Origin: Octopus vulgaris
Lineage: Eukaryota
Direction: 5' to 3'
DNA: 64,000 bases
Assembly (NCBI GenBank): GCA_951406725.2
Contig: OX597827.1
Location: 4,402,001-4,466,000, forward strand
The translations under genes were made by a program, and so were the position numbers. This document shows, one piece after another, positions 37,949-51,530 of the stretch. The first letter of the stretch is position 1. Each line of letters begins with the position of its first letter. The notes beneath the pieces are model-generated. The model searched no databases and was not told where the DNA came from. It worked only from the letters and a program-made list of their open reading frames with translations.

Positions 37949-40360
37949 CTGAAGAGATTCCTGTATGACATTCTGTGGTTGTATTCCTGATACTGGACCT
38001 TTCCACTCATGACTAGATTCATATTTTGAATGAGGATCTCTTCTAAGCAACAGAGTTGGACCATTTCTCTGATGGCTTGCATAGGATTCAACTGTAACAG
38101 GCATATCATCATGAGATATTTGTTCAGAGTTGTATTCAGAGAGAGCATTTTCTCCCAGGTAGTTGTTAGAGTCATCAACTCGACAACTATATTGGACATC
38201 TCTTTGGTTATTCTTTCGAAGAATACATACAGTAATTGATACTACAATAGCAACAGAAACTATAACTGCTGCTACTACTATAATAATCATCAAATTAATA
38301 TGTATTCTATTGTCTGTTTCTGTGTCTTCAGCTGTGTACATTATCGCTGTTGTATTGCTAACAGTTAGTGTCAAAGACAGTATAGTCGTCGCGGATAAAA
38401 TTGGTGTACCACCATCTTTGACAGCTAATTTTAAAATATAAGATCCAGCATCATTTTGATAAACTGGGCGCGAGAAAGACAAAACTCCTGTGTAAGGATT
38501 GACTGTAAATAACTGCTTGTCATTGCCTCTATATACTTCATATCTGAGGAATGCATTTACATGTCTGTCTCTGTCTGAGGCTCTTAGTGTTGTGATGTCG
38601 GTATTCATTTGTGGTTGGTAATGGATTTCTAAACTGAAAGGGTTAACACTTGGAAATGTGAAATAAGGAGCATTGTCATTTTTATCCATAACTTTAACAA
38701 TCACATTTGCTGTGTTGTTTAGAGATGGTGTACCATTATCTTTGACTAAAACTTTGAACTTGTAGACATCTTGTTGCTCTCTATCCAAAGATTGTGTTGC
38801 TGAAATGAATCCAAAGTCAGAAATGACAAAAGGAAGAATATTATAATTCTGATTAAATAAAGAAAAACTCAGTTGCCCACCAGGTCCCAAATCTTCATCT
38901 GTGGCATTAACAAAGCCTACAGGAAAATTTTGCTCTTCATTTTCATATGTTAAAAATTGGAATGTATCTTTGGTAAATTGAGGCTGTATATCATTGACAT
39001 CTTTCACTTGGATGGAAAATTGTCTCTCAGTTCTTAAAGGGGGAGATCCTTTGTCTTCACAAATTATTGTGCTTTCGATGCTACTTTCAGTTTCTCTGTT
39101 GATTAGATTCTTCACAACAATTTTGTATTTGTTTTTTCCAAGGCTTCTTAGCTGAAGTTTTTCATGCTGAAGGTCACATGATACTTCACTGTTTCTACCA
39201 ATATCTTCATCGGAGACTTTAACAAATGCAATGAATCCTCCAACTTTGATTGCTTCAGACACCATTGCATTATTTTCTTTAGAGCGAGAAATAAAGTTCA
39301 TGTCTATGACAGGGGCATTGTTCTGTTGGTTGATGACATAGACTAGAACAATGGCAGTGGAACTCAAAGGAGGATTTCCTCCATCAGTAGCTTCAACAAA
39401 CAACTTATATACCTTTTTGGCTCTTGCTGGAAGTTTTTGAAGCAAAAATATTTCACCACTTTTTTTATGTACTTTGAAATACATTTTATGATTACTTGAA
39501 GTTTTTGAACCAAACTTGAAGAAAACTTTACCATTTATGCCCGAATCTACATCTGTGGCTGAAACACGGATGATTGCAGTGCCTTTAAAATAACCATCAT
39601 TTATTGACACGTTATATACATTCTGTGAAAATACGGGAGAGTTGTCATTTTCATCTGTAACAGATATCAGAACATTCAAGCTTCCTTGCAGTGGAGGTGA
39701 ACCTCCATCTTTAGCGATCACTTCTAGGGTATAGCTATCTTTTATTTCTCGATCAAGTTTCTGCTGCAAAAAAATTCCCAGTTTTGCAGTTCCATCAATC
39801 TTCTTAATAACAGACAGAGCAAATAAATTACTAAGGTTTTCATTTAAGTGATATGTGATTTGGGAGTTCTGAGCTCCAACATCAATATCAATAGCATTTG
39901 GAATTGATTTTATGGTACCTCTTCCATCTGTTTCAGAAAAGTAAAGATTATTGGCATCAACTGGAAATTCTGGTCGATTATCATTGACATCTTCTATAAT
40001 AATTTTTAACTCCAATATCTTAACAAAAGACAATTTATTTTGTACTGCAACATCCACCATTTTGAAACATTCAGTGTTATATTTACACAGAGATTCAGCA
40101 TCAAGTTTCTGAGCCGTATAAAGCTTCCCTGTTTTGGTAATATTAAACAACTGAGGTGTAGAAGAAATTTCCTGCTGGAGTTGACTAAACCAAAGGACAG
40201 TTTGTTGTGACCCTTGTGCTGAATTACTTCTCAAAATGTTCGTATCAAAAGCAATGTCACCAATAAAAATTCCAGGACGCTGATTTTCTTTTATATTGTA
40301 GATCCAGTCTACACAGTCTGAGACATTCAGAATAAACAGCAAATATAATATTTTTAGCAT
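37949..40360 (-). CDS. Protocadherin, large ectodomain/TM exon (6 EC + TM + partial cytoplasmic tail); CDS continues in an unlocated downstream exon
   Basis: 807-aa ORF. Signal peptide MLKILYLLFILNVSDC; cadherin motifs DVNDNRPEF, DENDNSPVF, LDRE, DKNDNAPYF, DGGxP; EC1 C-x5-C (CKYNTEC); TM MIIIVVAAVIVSVAIVVSITVCIL. Phase-0 donor CAG|GTGAGT at 37949/37948, so the final VSH* is intron read-through. Confidence 0.96.
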
Positions 40361-40435
40361 ATTTCCCTTTAGAATTTGTCTGGCTGATTTAATATGTTCG
40401 CATCTAGAAATATAAAGAAAGGAAGAAGAAAAAAC
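40361..40435 (-). other. 3' splice acceptor and 43-nt 5' leader of the protocadherin exon
   Basis: Minus strand reads TTTTTTCTTCTTCCTTTCTTTATATTTCTAG|ATGCG, with AG at 40405-40404. Implies an upstream exon, probably non-coding. Confidence 0.75.
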
Positions 40436-40629
40436 AATTTCATTTTAATCTTAATTTGAAACTGTATTTTGAAATGATAAAAATATAGCAAAAATGAAGC
40501 TGTATGAAAAGATTATGTCTATTAAAAAATATTACTTCTTCTACTTTACCTCATTTAATAGCAATAAGATTTTCCATCATATTTCTAAATTTCACTGAAA
40601 CAATGTTCAGCAACTGTAATTTAGCTTTT

Positions 40630-40630
40630 G

Positions 40631-40694
<64 letters not shown>

Positions 40695-40780
40695 TTATGC
40701 TGGTGTTGAAGATGATGATAATGATGAACACAATAACATTAACAACAGCACTATTATTACTACTAGCACCACCACCACTG

Positions 40781-40825
<45 letters not shown>

Positions 40826-40895
40826 GTAATAATAGTAATAATGCCAGTGATGATGATGATGATGATGATGATGATGACAGCAACAACAATAATAA
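40630..40895. repeat. (AAT)n/(GAT)n microsatellites
   Basis: Directly visible, in the intron upstream of the protocadherin exon. Confidence 0.95.
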
Positions 40896-41026
40896 ATGTT
40901 TATAGAAAATAAACATTTTCCCTCCACCTAAATAGATACATTAAAATTGAACAAAATGATTTCATAAACAACTGAATGTATTTTGAATGTATAAAATTTA
41001 ATTATTCACGAGAAGGAATTCTTTAG

Positions 41027-41365
41027 TATACATACAAACATACAAACATACATACATACATACATACATACATACATACATACATACATACATACATACA
41101 TACATACACATACATACACATACACACATACATACATACATACATACATACATACATACATACATACATACATACATACATACATACATACATACATACA
41201 TACATACATACATACATACATACATACATACATACATACATACATACATACATACATACATACATACATACATACATACATACATACATACATACATACA
41301 TACATACATACATACATACATACATACATACATACAAACATACATACATACAAACATACATACAT
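41027..41365. repeat. (TACA)n microsatellite
   Basis: Directly visible. Confidence 0.97.
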
Positions 41366-41781
41366 GCATACTTGTGTGTAAGTGTAAGCACTATATTACA
41401 GATGAAAATAACTGCGTATATGAAAGCAATATTTATTTACAGCATTCGAAATGATGTTACATAAAAGGGGTAAAAATAAAACAAACAGATGGATGGACAT
41501 TTTATTCATCAACCTACTTATTTTTGTTCATTATAGACATTACCGTTGCATCAGCAAGTTTCCCTGCTTTTCAAATGAAGAATAAATGAACCAAAATATT
41601 TCAAAGAACAGATGCAATTTTTCTGTGAGAAATTGGCAAGAGGTATGGAACAATGCAATGGCGATAATAAGAATAATATGAACAAGAATAAGACCATCAA
41701 GATTAATGTCATTGCTGCTACTGGTTCTTCTAATAGCAATGATAATGATAATGGGATCAAAAATGGTAGTAGTAGTAGTAA

Positions 41782-41848
<67 letters not shown>

Positions 41849-42121
41849 GGTGGTGGCGGCAGTGGCGATAGTGGTGGTGGTGGTAGTGGTGGTGGTTTAG
41901 AAGAAAGTTTCCATTGTAAAGATTTACCAGGTAAATTATAGCATTACGGAAAAGAAAACAATCTTGCTAAGTTATTATGGAAGCATTGAAGTAATGCAAA
42001 AACAAGCTGCAAAGAAGAAAAATGATGTTTTTATTGGAATTTCATTTAGAAGATTGGTTCACAGATGGAAGCACAATTTCACGAATATATTAAAATGCTG
42101 ATGGAGCAACTAACAGTGATT

Positions 42122-42155
<34 letters not shown>

Positions 42156-42332
42156 TGTGTGTGTGTGTTGTATATACATATACACAAACACATATGTGTA
42201 CACTAATATATATCTAATATACGTATACATTAACATATATATATACAGACAAATACATACACACACACAGACACATACATATATGTATGTATGTATTCAT
42301 AAATATAAATACGTATTCATATATACATATAT

Positions 42333-42374
<42 letters not shown>

Positions 42375-42432
42375 TATAAAATTAAGGAAAGGAGAAAACA
42401 AATTCAAAGGCCGATGAATATATTCAATCAAT

Positions 42433-42471
<39 letters not shown>

Positions 42472-42604
42472 TATATACACACTCATACACTCAGACACAC
42501 ACACACATATATATATGTATTCATGAATATAAATACATATTCAAAAATACATATATATACTCTTTTACTCATTCAGCCATGCAGCTGTGGTCATGCTGTA
42601 GCAC

Positions 42605-43130
42605 CACCATGGTCTTTCTGATTTCCTCAGTCTGAGATGTTTTCCATCACCACTCCTGCTTGTGCCTTTGTCCCAGCTGTTGGTACATTCGGTGTATAAT
42701 GGAGTTTGGTTCCACTGCCCTTGTCTGTAACTCATGTTAGGCTGTTGGTTCGTCTGGTAATGTGGAGATGAAGACATCTAGTTCCTTTTTGAAGATATCT
42801 GCTTCAATCTTATGCAAATTTCTTAATTTTTGTGGCAGGACATTGAAGAGCTGTGGGCCTTTGAACCCTAGACTATTGCAATACCTGGTTCTGAATTTAG
42901 ATGGAGTGGATGGTACCTTTGGTACAATACAGTTCGGGCATTTGTTTAACACACAATGCCAAATTTAGGTACTAGCCCATCTAGGATTGTATATCTCTCA
43001 CGCCTTCACTCCAGGTAGTAAAGCTGTAGTTTTCTCAGCTATCTCTGCAGCTCATCAAACATTTACTTATGGACACAGTGATTTTATATCACCTGAGGAG
43101 ATACAACTAGGTCCTATTATACAGTTTAAG
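42605..43130 (-). mobile_element. CR1/L2-group LINE 3' end, decayed
   Basis: KLQLYYLE*RRERY..GLVP, then CNSLGFKGPQLFNVLPQKLRNL..FKKELDVFISTLPDEP. Confidence 0.82.
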
Positions 43131-43147
43131 TTTAAATCCTGTATATA

Positions 43148-43293
43148 TAGCTTGCTAACCAACCACATGGTTCCGGGTTCAGTCCCACTGCGTGGCATCT
43201 TGGGCAAGTGTCTTCTGCTATAGCCCTGGGCCGACCAATGCCTTGTGAGTGGATTTGGTAAACGGAAACTGAAAGAAGCCTGTCGTATATATG

Positions 43294-43330
<37 letters not shown>

Positions 43331-43541
43331 TGGTGTGTCTGTGTTTGTCCCCCTAGCATTGCTTGACAATCGATGCTGGTGTGTTTACGTCCCCGTCACT
43401 TAGCGGTTCGGCAAAAGAGACCAATAGAATAAGTACTGGGCTTACAAAAAGAATAAGTCCCGGGGTCGATTTGCTCGACCAAAGGCGGTGCTCCAGCATG
43501 GCCACAGTCAAATGACTGAAACAAGTAAAAGAGAGAAAGAG
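43148..43541 (+). mobile_element. Young family-A SINE, slightly 5'-truncated
   Basis: Starts at TAGCTTGCTAACC; otherwise near-identical to 27551. Confidence 0.9.
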
Positions 43542-43772
43542 TATATGTGAATTTATGTTGTATCGAAACATGTGTAGTGGTCCTTAAAAAGCTGTTGAAT
43601 CATGCTCCATCTTACTTTTGACCATTTATTCTTGCATTTTTATTTTTCTCACATGAAGAATGCCTAAACTTAGAATTGGTAGTCTACCATAATACTTCCG
43701 GGTATCTGGTAATTCTAAAGGTGAAGAAGCTCTATTTTGTACTCTAATATGTTCTTAACAAAATACACCTCA

Positions 43773-43858
<86 letters not shown>

Positions 43859-44002
43859 CACACATACATATATATATACATATAAATATATATGTATGAA
43901 TATATATATATATATATATACACATACATATATGTATGCATGTATGCATATATATATATATATATATATATATCAATATATGTATATATATGCAGGCATA
44001 AG

Positions 44003-44177
44003 CACCCACTACACTCTCAGAATGGTTGGCATTAGGAAGGGCATCCAGCTGTAGAAACTCAGAGAGATCAGATTGAAGCCTGGTGCAGCCATCTGGCTCA
44101 CCAGTCCTCAGTTAAACTGTCCAACCCATGCCAGCATGGAAAGCAGACGTTAAACGGCGATGACGACAATGATGATG
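44003..44177 (+). mobile_element. Family-C SINE 3' part
   Basis: GGTTGGCATTAGGAAGGGCATCCAGCTGTAGAAAC..CCATGCCAGCATGGAAAGCAGACGTTAAAC, (GAT) tail. Confidence 0.8.
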
Positions 44178-44221
44178 TATGTATATATATATATGCCTAT
44201 ATATTTATTTATATATATGTA

Positions 44222-44276
<55 letters not shown>

Positions 44277-44304
44277 AATATATAATAAATATATATGTAT
44301 TTAC

Positions 44305-44410
<106 letters not shown>

Positions 44411-45821
44411 ATATATATATATATATATATATAAATATATAATAAATATATATGTATTTACGTGTGTGTGTATGTATATATATATATATTTATATAAATA
44501 TATATATATATATATAAGATAAAGACAGACATATTTGTATGATTGAATTCAATTACATATAATGAAAGAAACTTTATCCTGCATTACATAGATTTTGAAA
44601 ATTAGCAACATGATTAAGGAAAGCCAATGTAACCAAGATAACAAATTATTGGAATACTGAAAAGTGGTTAAATCTGTGAGTGTATCCGAGATTTAACATT
44701 GTTTATTTCTCAAGTGTTTTCTAGCAGCACAAGTATAATGGGTTTTGTTTTATTTTTAATTTTATGGTAAGAAATCTAGATGTTTGATTTAGAGTGCAAA
44801 TTTGAACAGTTTCTAAAATAAGCATTTCCACCAAAATTCACTTCAATGTAGCAAAGAAAACATGCCCATATACAGATACATACACACAAAAACACACATA
44901 GATACACTATAGATACCTAGATACTCAATGATATACACACATATAGATTCACATAGACTATCACAATCACCTACACATACACACAAACAAATAAACACAT
45001 ACTCGTATGCACAAAAGCATCTAAATATTACAAAAGTTTAGCCATGGGTAAAATAAGAATGTAAAATCATCCCAATAATGGGAGAGTCTCCAAATGTGCA
45101 GTTTCACAGTTTGTTGAGTGTTCCTCAGTGAAGACAGACCAAACTTCCTGCCCCAGTCAATAGCACAGAATATTTATTTGTCATATATATGTTGGTCATA
45201 AATTAGGCTAGTACTGGGTGGACTCATGGGTACTGGTGCCATATAAAAAGCTCCCATACTGGTGTCATATAAACGCATCTGTGCTGGTATTGCATAGAAC
45301 CCCTTTTTAAGGACATACAACAGTAGAAACCATGCCAAAACAAGCATAGAGCTTGAGCAGGTCTTCAGCTGGTCAGCTTCCTTCAAACCGTCCAACTCTT
45401 GCCAGCATGGAAAACAGATGCAAAATGTGTGTGTGTATGTATGTATTTATATTTTATAGGCACATTTTATACATTCCTTTGAATGCACGCATGCATATAT
45501 ATTTACAAGATTCTCCATCTGAGATTCTTTAAATGAATATATATACAGACTTGGTTGCGTGCATCTAAAAAGACACATAGGTAAAAGTAATGATAGACAC
45601 ACATACATGCACAAATGCCTAAGTACTAAAGAGACATGGTCACATAAAATGTAAAGGCAAGTGAATACATCTATATACATCCATATTCCAACTCGGTCAC
45701 ATATTTTACAGACTCAGGAAATGTCTTAACTCAAAATGTCTTGTCCCTTTGTTAGCAGATGACCTGATCTCCAGGAAGAACTTAAATGACTCTGAAAAAC
45801 ATCCATCCATCCTTTCATATA

Positions 45822-46198
45822 AACATGCATACATACACACATACATACATACATACATACATACATACATACATACATACATACATACATACACACACAC
45901 ACGCATACATACATACAGACATACATACACACACACACATACATACATACACACACACATACATACACACACACACATGCATACATACATACATACATTC
46001 ATACATACATACATACATACATACACACACACATACACACACACACATACACACACACATACATACATACATACATACATACACACACACACGCATACAT
46101 ACATACAGACATACATACACACGCACACACATACATACATACACACACACATATATACACACACACACATGCATACATACATACATACATTCATACAT

Positions 46199-46231
<33 letters not shown>

Positions 46232-46251
46232 TACACACATACACACACACA

Positions 46252-46284
<33 letters not shown>

Positions 46285-46426
46285 CCATATATACATACAT
46301 ACACACACACACATACACACACACACATACACACACACACATACATACATACATACATACATACATACATACATACATACATACATACATACATACATAC
46401 ATACATACATACATACATACATACAT
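45822..46426. repeat. (TACA)/(CA) compound microsatellite with an internal ~190-bp duplication
   Basis: ACGCATACATACATACAGACA recurs at 45901 and 46091. Confidence 0.9.
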
Positions 46427-47017
46427 TTGTATGTGTCTATCAAAGGCCTTTGTCATCAGTTGTAGGCAGTTTGAATACCAGTGCATGTGAAGTTGCTTTT
46501 CAAAGAACAGGATTGGGAAAGGCATTTTTGTAGCAGACAAGTTCATGCAATTCTTCCCTTTCCATGCTACTAACATTGTTCAAATAAAATGTGAGGTTGA
46601 TATATTTTACACCAATGCCATCTAGATGTTGTCAGAACCAGAACCGATGCCACAAATCATCACTTTTAATTCTTTAACCATTCCACCAATCTATACACAC
46701 TAAACTGGTTTTTCATTTATGGACTCTCAAAGGATGTAAAGCTAAGTTGACCCCCGTGGCACCAAGAGTGAAAATAAATACTGAAAGGCATTACATTCTC
46801 TTCTTTAATGACCCTTTACACACACACTCGCACACACACAAGCACACATATTGGAATGTATGTATATATCTGCCTATATATATATATATGCGTGTGTGTG
46901 TGTATACATATATATGTATGTGTGCGCATTCATATGTATATATATATGTATATATATATATTTTATGTGTGTGTATATATATATATACATATATATATAT
47001 ACATACGTATATAAATG

Positions 47018-47056
<39 letters not shown>

Positions 47057-47560
47057 TTCATGCAGATATAAAATACATACATACATACACACATGCATAC
47101 ATACGTATGTATATACACACACATACATACATACATACATACCTACATACATACATACATACATACATACATACATACACACACACATACATACATACAT
47201 ACATACATACATACATACACACACACATACATACATGCATGCATACATACATCCATGCATACACACACATACATACATACATACATACATGCATGCATAC
47301 ATATACACATTATTCCAGATGATGACAAGTTCCTGATGAGCCATGGGAAAAACAATATATTTTATCAGATTAGCAATTATTGATTAAATATACTTTTACA
47401 TTTATATATGCAAACATATATATATACACGCCTAAATCCTTTTTTTCTTAGAAAATCATAAAAATGGAGAAGCACACTAAGAAGTAGAGCAGTCTATATT
47501 TATTACTGGTGAAGGCCATTTTACAAGGTTACCCTGGGTATCTCACCATAAAGAGTATAA

Positions 47561-47611
<51 letters not shown>

Positions 47612-47649
47612 GAGAGAGGGGGATAAGTAGATATATATATATTTATATA

Positions 47650-48560
47650 TTATATTAGAGGAAAAAGCAAAACCAAGGCAGAACGAGTGTCTCAAGTCAT
47701 TTAGAATAATTTAATTAGGGTAAGGTGAATTTGGAGTCTTACAGCCATATCTGAGATAACCCAAGTGGTAGGTTAGCATGTACACGAACTGGGAGACAAG
47801 GTATGAATATTTCAGATGGGAAAAATTTATAGTTTACAAGGAATAAAATATATCCACAGTTTATGAGGAATAAAATAGCAGAATAAAGGAGTAAATAGAA
47901 GGATAAAGAGTAAAGGCAGGAGAATAATGTTCACAACTCATTTTTTTCCAGAGGATATGGATGTTGGTTGGGACTTCTATGAATGTACAGGTCCTTAGTT
48001 AAAATCCTTGGTAAATTCAGGTGTTATTTTGGCAGTATTTTGAATGATGGATTCATACTGAATATGAAATACCAGCTGGAATTACCTGGGATTTTAACTA
48101 TGGACATGTACCACACTCTAAATACTATACCCAGTTGCTCCTTCTCAGAATATATAGTCTCTTGAACAAACCATTTGCTCATGTCTTTCTTGCTGGAGTT
48201 TACTTGCAATGATTAGGGGTTTGGGCTAAAGTTAGGAACATTGATAGCACCAATCTCACCAGTCTGAAATGGCCTGCAAAAGTTATGGGCATTGTCACTT
48301 CCTCCAGACTTAACAAGCAAAGAAAGAAGAAAACCCTGTTGACATTAAAACAATAATGAAGAAAAGAGGAGAATCGCCAGTACATGAGAGGAAAACATAT
48401 ATTCAATTCTAAAATTTTAATAAATATTTCTCTTATGTATGGTATGTGAGGAAAAGAAAGGAAAAAAGGGGAAAGGAAGGATGCAAGAAGACGATGAAAG
48501 TTGAGAAAGGTGACTTTCATAACAAAGACCATTATTTTCTAATATTAATTTAATCACTTA
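47650..48560 (-). mobile_element. Possible decayed Penelope-like element (GIY-YIG region)
   Basis: Broken frames with PHIPYI and EKEQLGIVFRV; one end abuts (TA)n. Weak. Confidence 0.35.
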
Positions 48561-50335
48561 TAGACTCTGCTGTGAAAGCCATACTCCTATGTGACTCTTT
48601 ACTGACAAGAATAGTTGAATGAAGAATAGTTGACATCTTAGATACCATTGAGTGGAAGCCATTGAGAATTCTATTTGGACATAACTACAATAATTGAAAT
48701 CTTCTGCAAAAATACAAAACTAAAATACATACAAATTCTGAAACTAAACATCATTTTTTTTCCTTCCCCAGTGCATTGTTCACACAAATGGTTCAGTACA
48801 TTTCAATCATGATGTTGTTGCCATGAGCTACTTCCCATCTTTCAGCATTATACCCTATGAACCTATTAATTTAGTTGCTCCTTTTTACCTTGTATTTTTT
48901 CTCTTGATGACCAGATGAAAATTTACAGAGCAGAATCATAAAGCTTCCGATCGCATTTATCAATTGTTTTCTTGAGGAACGAAAACAATAAATGGTGAGA
49001 ATGAAAGAAAGTCTTTCATAATGCAATATGATAATAATTTAATTTCATTATATCATACAATTATTGTACCATAACCTTTACTTATTACCTTGAATCATTT
49101 TAATGAGGTATTGTTAGCAATGAAATATTCTCGGTAGTCTTTGAGGATATTATATAGTCACATAAGAAAAATTATGTCAATATATCTAAATCAAAATAAG
49201 GCAACTATTTTTTAAAATATATACTTAAAATAAGCAATAAAGATGTTTTTTTTTTCAAATCCCTTATTCAATATTCTAGTCACCTTATTGCAAACAGCTC
49301 TTTAAAATGAAAGTTCTCTATAAACAGTGAACAATACCAGTATCTGTGATACACTATAAAATTTGTTAAAGTATTGATAATATTGTCGTTAATGTCTTAG
49401 TGTGAATACACATTCATTCAACTAATTACATTTTCTCTTATTTTATTTTCAATAAAAATGAAGCGACCACTATACTTTTACTAATTAATTATCTGCCATT
49501 TTAATCACACATACAGAAAGCAAGAGATAATGGGGAAAGATCAAAATCAGCAAAAATAAATAAACATAAAATTAAGAATTCAAACTGTGTAGTTAAGAAA
49601 AATATTAAAAAACATTTTAAATGAACAAAGAAAAAATATATATTGATAAATAAAATAATAAATATACAAGTAAATAAATAAATAAATAAAACTAGTAAAA
49701 CTACAAAGAAAGAATTTGAATAAAGTTTTAACTGCAATCAGATAAGTTCTATGAATATTTTGTGAGGAATGACTTGATGAAAATAACAACGCTGTTCTAA
49801 TGGGTTTGCTTTCATTTATCTTTTGTCAACAGATATATATATAGCTCAGAATAGTTGTTGACAAAGAAGCTAAAACAAACAGAATAGCAGAATAAACTTG
49901 GACTGGAATGTTAACAAAGTGAAAATAAATTCTGGATAATTTCAAAAAAAAAAAAAACAATTTTATAAAATGGTAACAATTTCAATTAAACATCTGTGAT
50001 ACATATAGACTCCAACGAGTGTGTGCATGCAAAAGCACTTATACACACGTGCGTATGTATCACACACACATACACACACATAAACAGACCCATGTAAGTG
50101 CGTACACTCACACATACACACACACATATATATATATATGTGTTCATCCAGGTGAAGGCATTTACAAAACTAGTCATGTTTCTTTCGAGTTTCAAAACCA
50201 TCAGAAACTTGAAACGGAAACACGACAAGTCATGTGAGCGCCATGATCTGAATAAACAAATATCAGCTCCCCCACATGTTATTGAGTACTTTACCTTAAA
50301 CTGAGGTTCCCCTTGTTTTTTCAACAGTTGTCTCT

Positions 50336-50390
<55 letters not shown>

Positions 50391-50549
50391 ATATATTACA
50401 TTTACTCAATAGTCAAGATAAAACTCTGAGTTTCAGAGTCGCAGTCATTCATCAGGTGGTTTCAAAATTTTTCTTGGCGAGTTTTAAACAATATATGATG
50501 TACATAAATTATAAACCTAGACATATACATATATATATGTATATATAAA

Positions 50550-50686
50550 GGGAAAGTTTACAAAAATAAACAAAAGACGAAGGCAGGTGGTGTACAAACA
50601 AACAAATGTATTAGTATAGCGCTCAGGAATAGAAAAAGTCTTTTACGTTTCGAGCCTACACTCTTCCACAGAAAGATACAGAAAGA
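50550..50686 (-). mobile_element. Penelope-like terminal remnant in (TA)n
   Basis: Minus strand reads GAAGAGTGTAGGCTCGAAACGTAAAAGAC, then an AT-rich 3' end abutting (TA)n. Confidence 0.55.
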
Positions 50687-50778
50687 TATATATATATGCA
50701 TATATATAATGCCTATATAATATATATGAAATATAAATTATCATTACTAGTGTTATCATTATCATTATTATTATTATT

Positions 50779-51320
50779 GAGTGAGAGAGTAATGCATGCC
50801 ATCAAAGTGACACTGGGGTACAAATATACGAAACCCAATATGCCCATCATGACTACCCATCTGATAAGGGTACACTAAGCACATGCTTCACAACATCGTG
50901 ATCTTATATCAAGATAAACAACACATGACTTTGCAGGTGGGTCCCAGTTAGGATTTTCTACAAGTTAAGTAGCCCATCCTACACAAAACGTCCCTGAAGA
51001 AGGTTTGGTTTAATGATATTGAACGAAACATGCATGTTTCCAGAGGTGAATTATCCAAACACCAAAGAATTCCTCTCAACACTCGGCTATGATGCTCTCC
51101 GACTACTTCTGCCCGTGATCAGAGATGCACATATCGTCAGCCAGCAAAAGACATGCTCAACTGGTTTAGGTCAAACAACTGACAAGCAAATCTGTGGTAT
51201 TGAGCAGAATATTTGCTGAAGTCCATCTTTTATACCAAGACAAAACAATGCACATGATAACACTCTCAATCAGTTAAGATCAGAAGGCATGAGAGCCACA
51301 GCCTGGTTCTGCATTGGGGC
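50779..51320. mobile_element. ~540-bp element inserted in an (ATT)n microsatellite
   Basis: Non-repetitive, more GC-rich block with (ATT)n directly on both sides. Confidence 0.6.
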
Positions 51321-51404
51321 ATTATTATTATTGTTATTATTATTATTATTTATATTATTATATGAAATCCAAATAAAGCAGAGGAAGTGTTTAGCTCATC
51401 TTTA

Positions 51405-51530
51405 ATGACCAGTTACAATTGTTTCGGTACCACTCAGTTTTTAATGCCATACCACACAAAAGTTCCTTGTAGAAAGTTACATAATACTTGTAATTTTAAA
51501 TATTAGAATGGCACATCATCAGACTTGCAT
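51405..51530 (-). ncRNA. Hammerhead-ribozyme-like motif (type I, Penelope-associated)
   Basis: AGT-CTGATGA-T-[GTGCCATTC..70 nt..GAGTGGTAC]-C-GAAA-CAATTG-TA-ACT. Confidence 0.6.

Noticed and set aside
45706-47383. Long YVCM/HTYI ORFs (also at 41 kb) and YIYI ORFs elsewhere
   Set aside because: Microsatellite translations.
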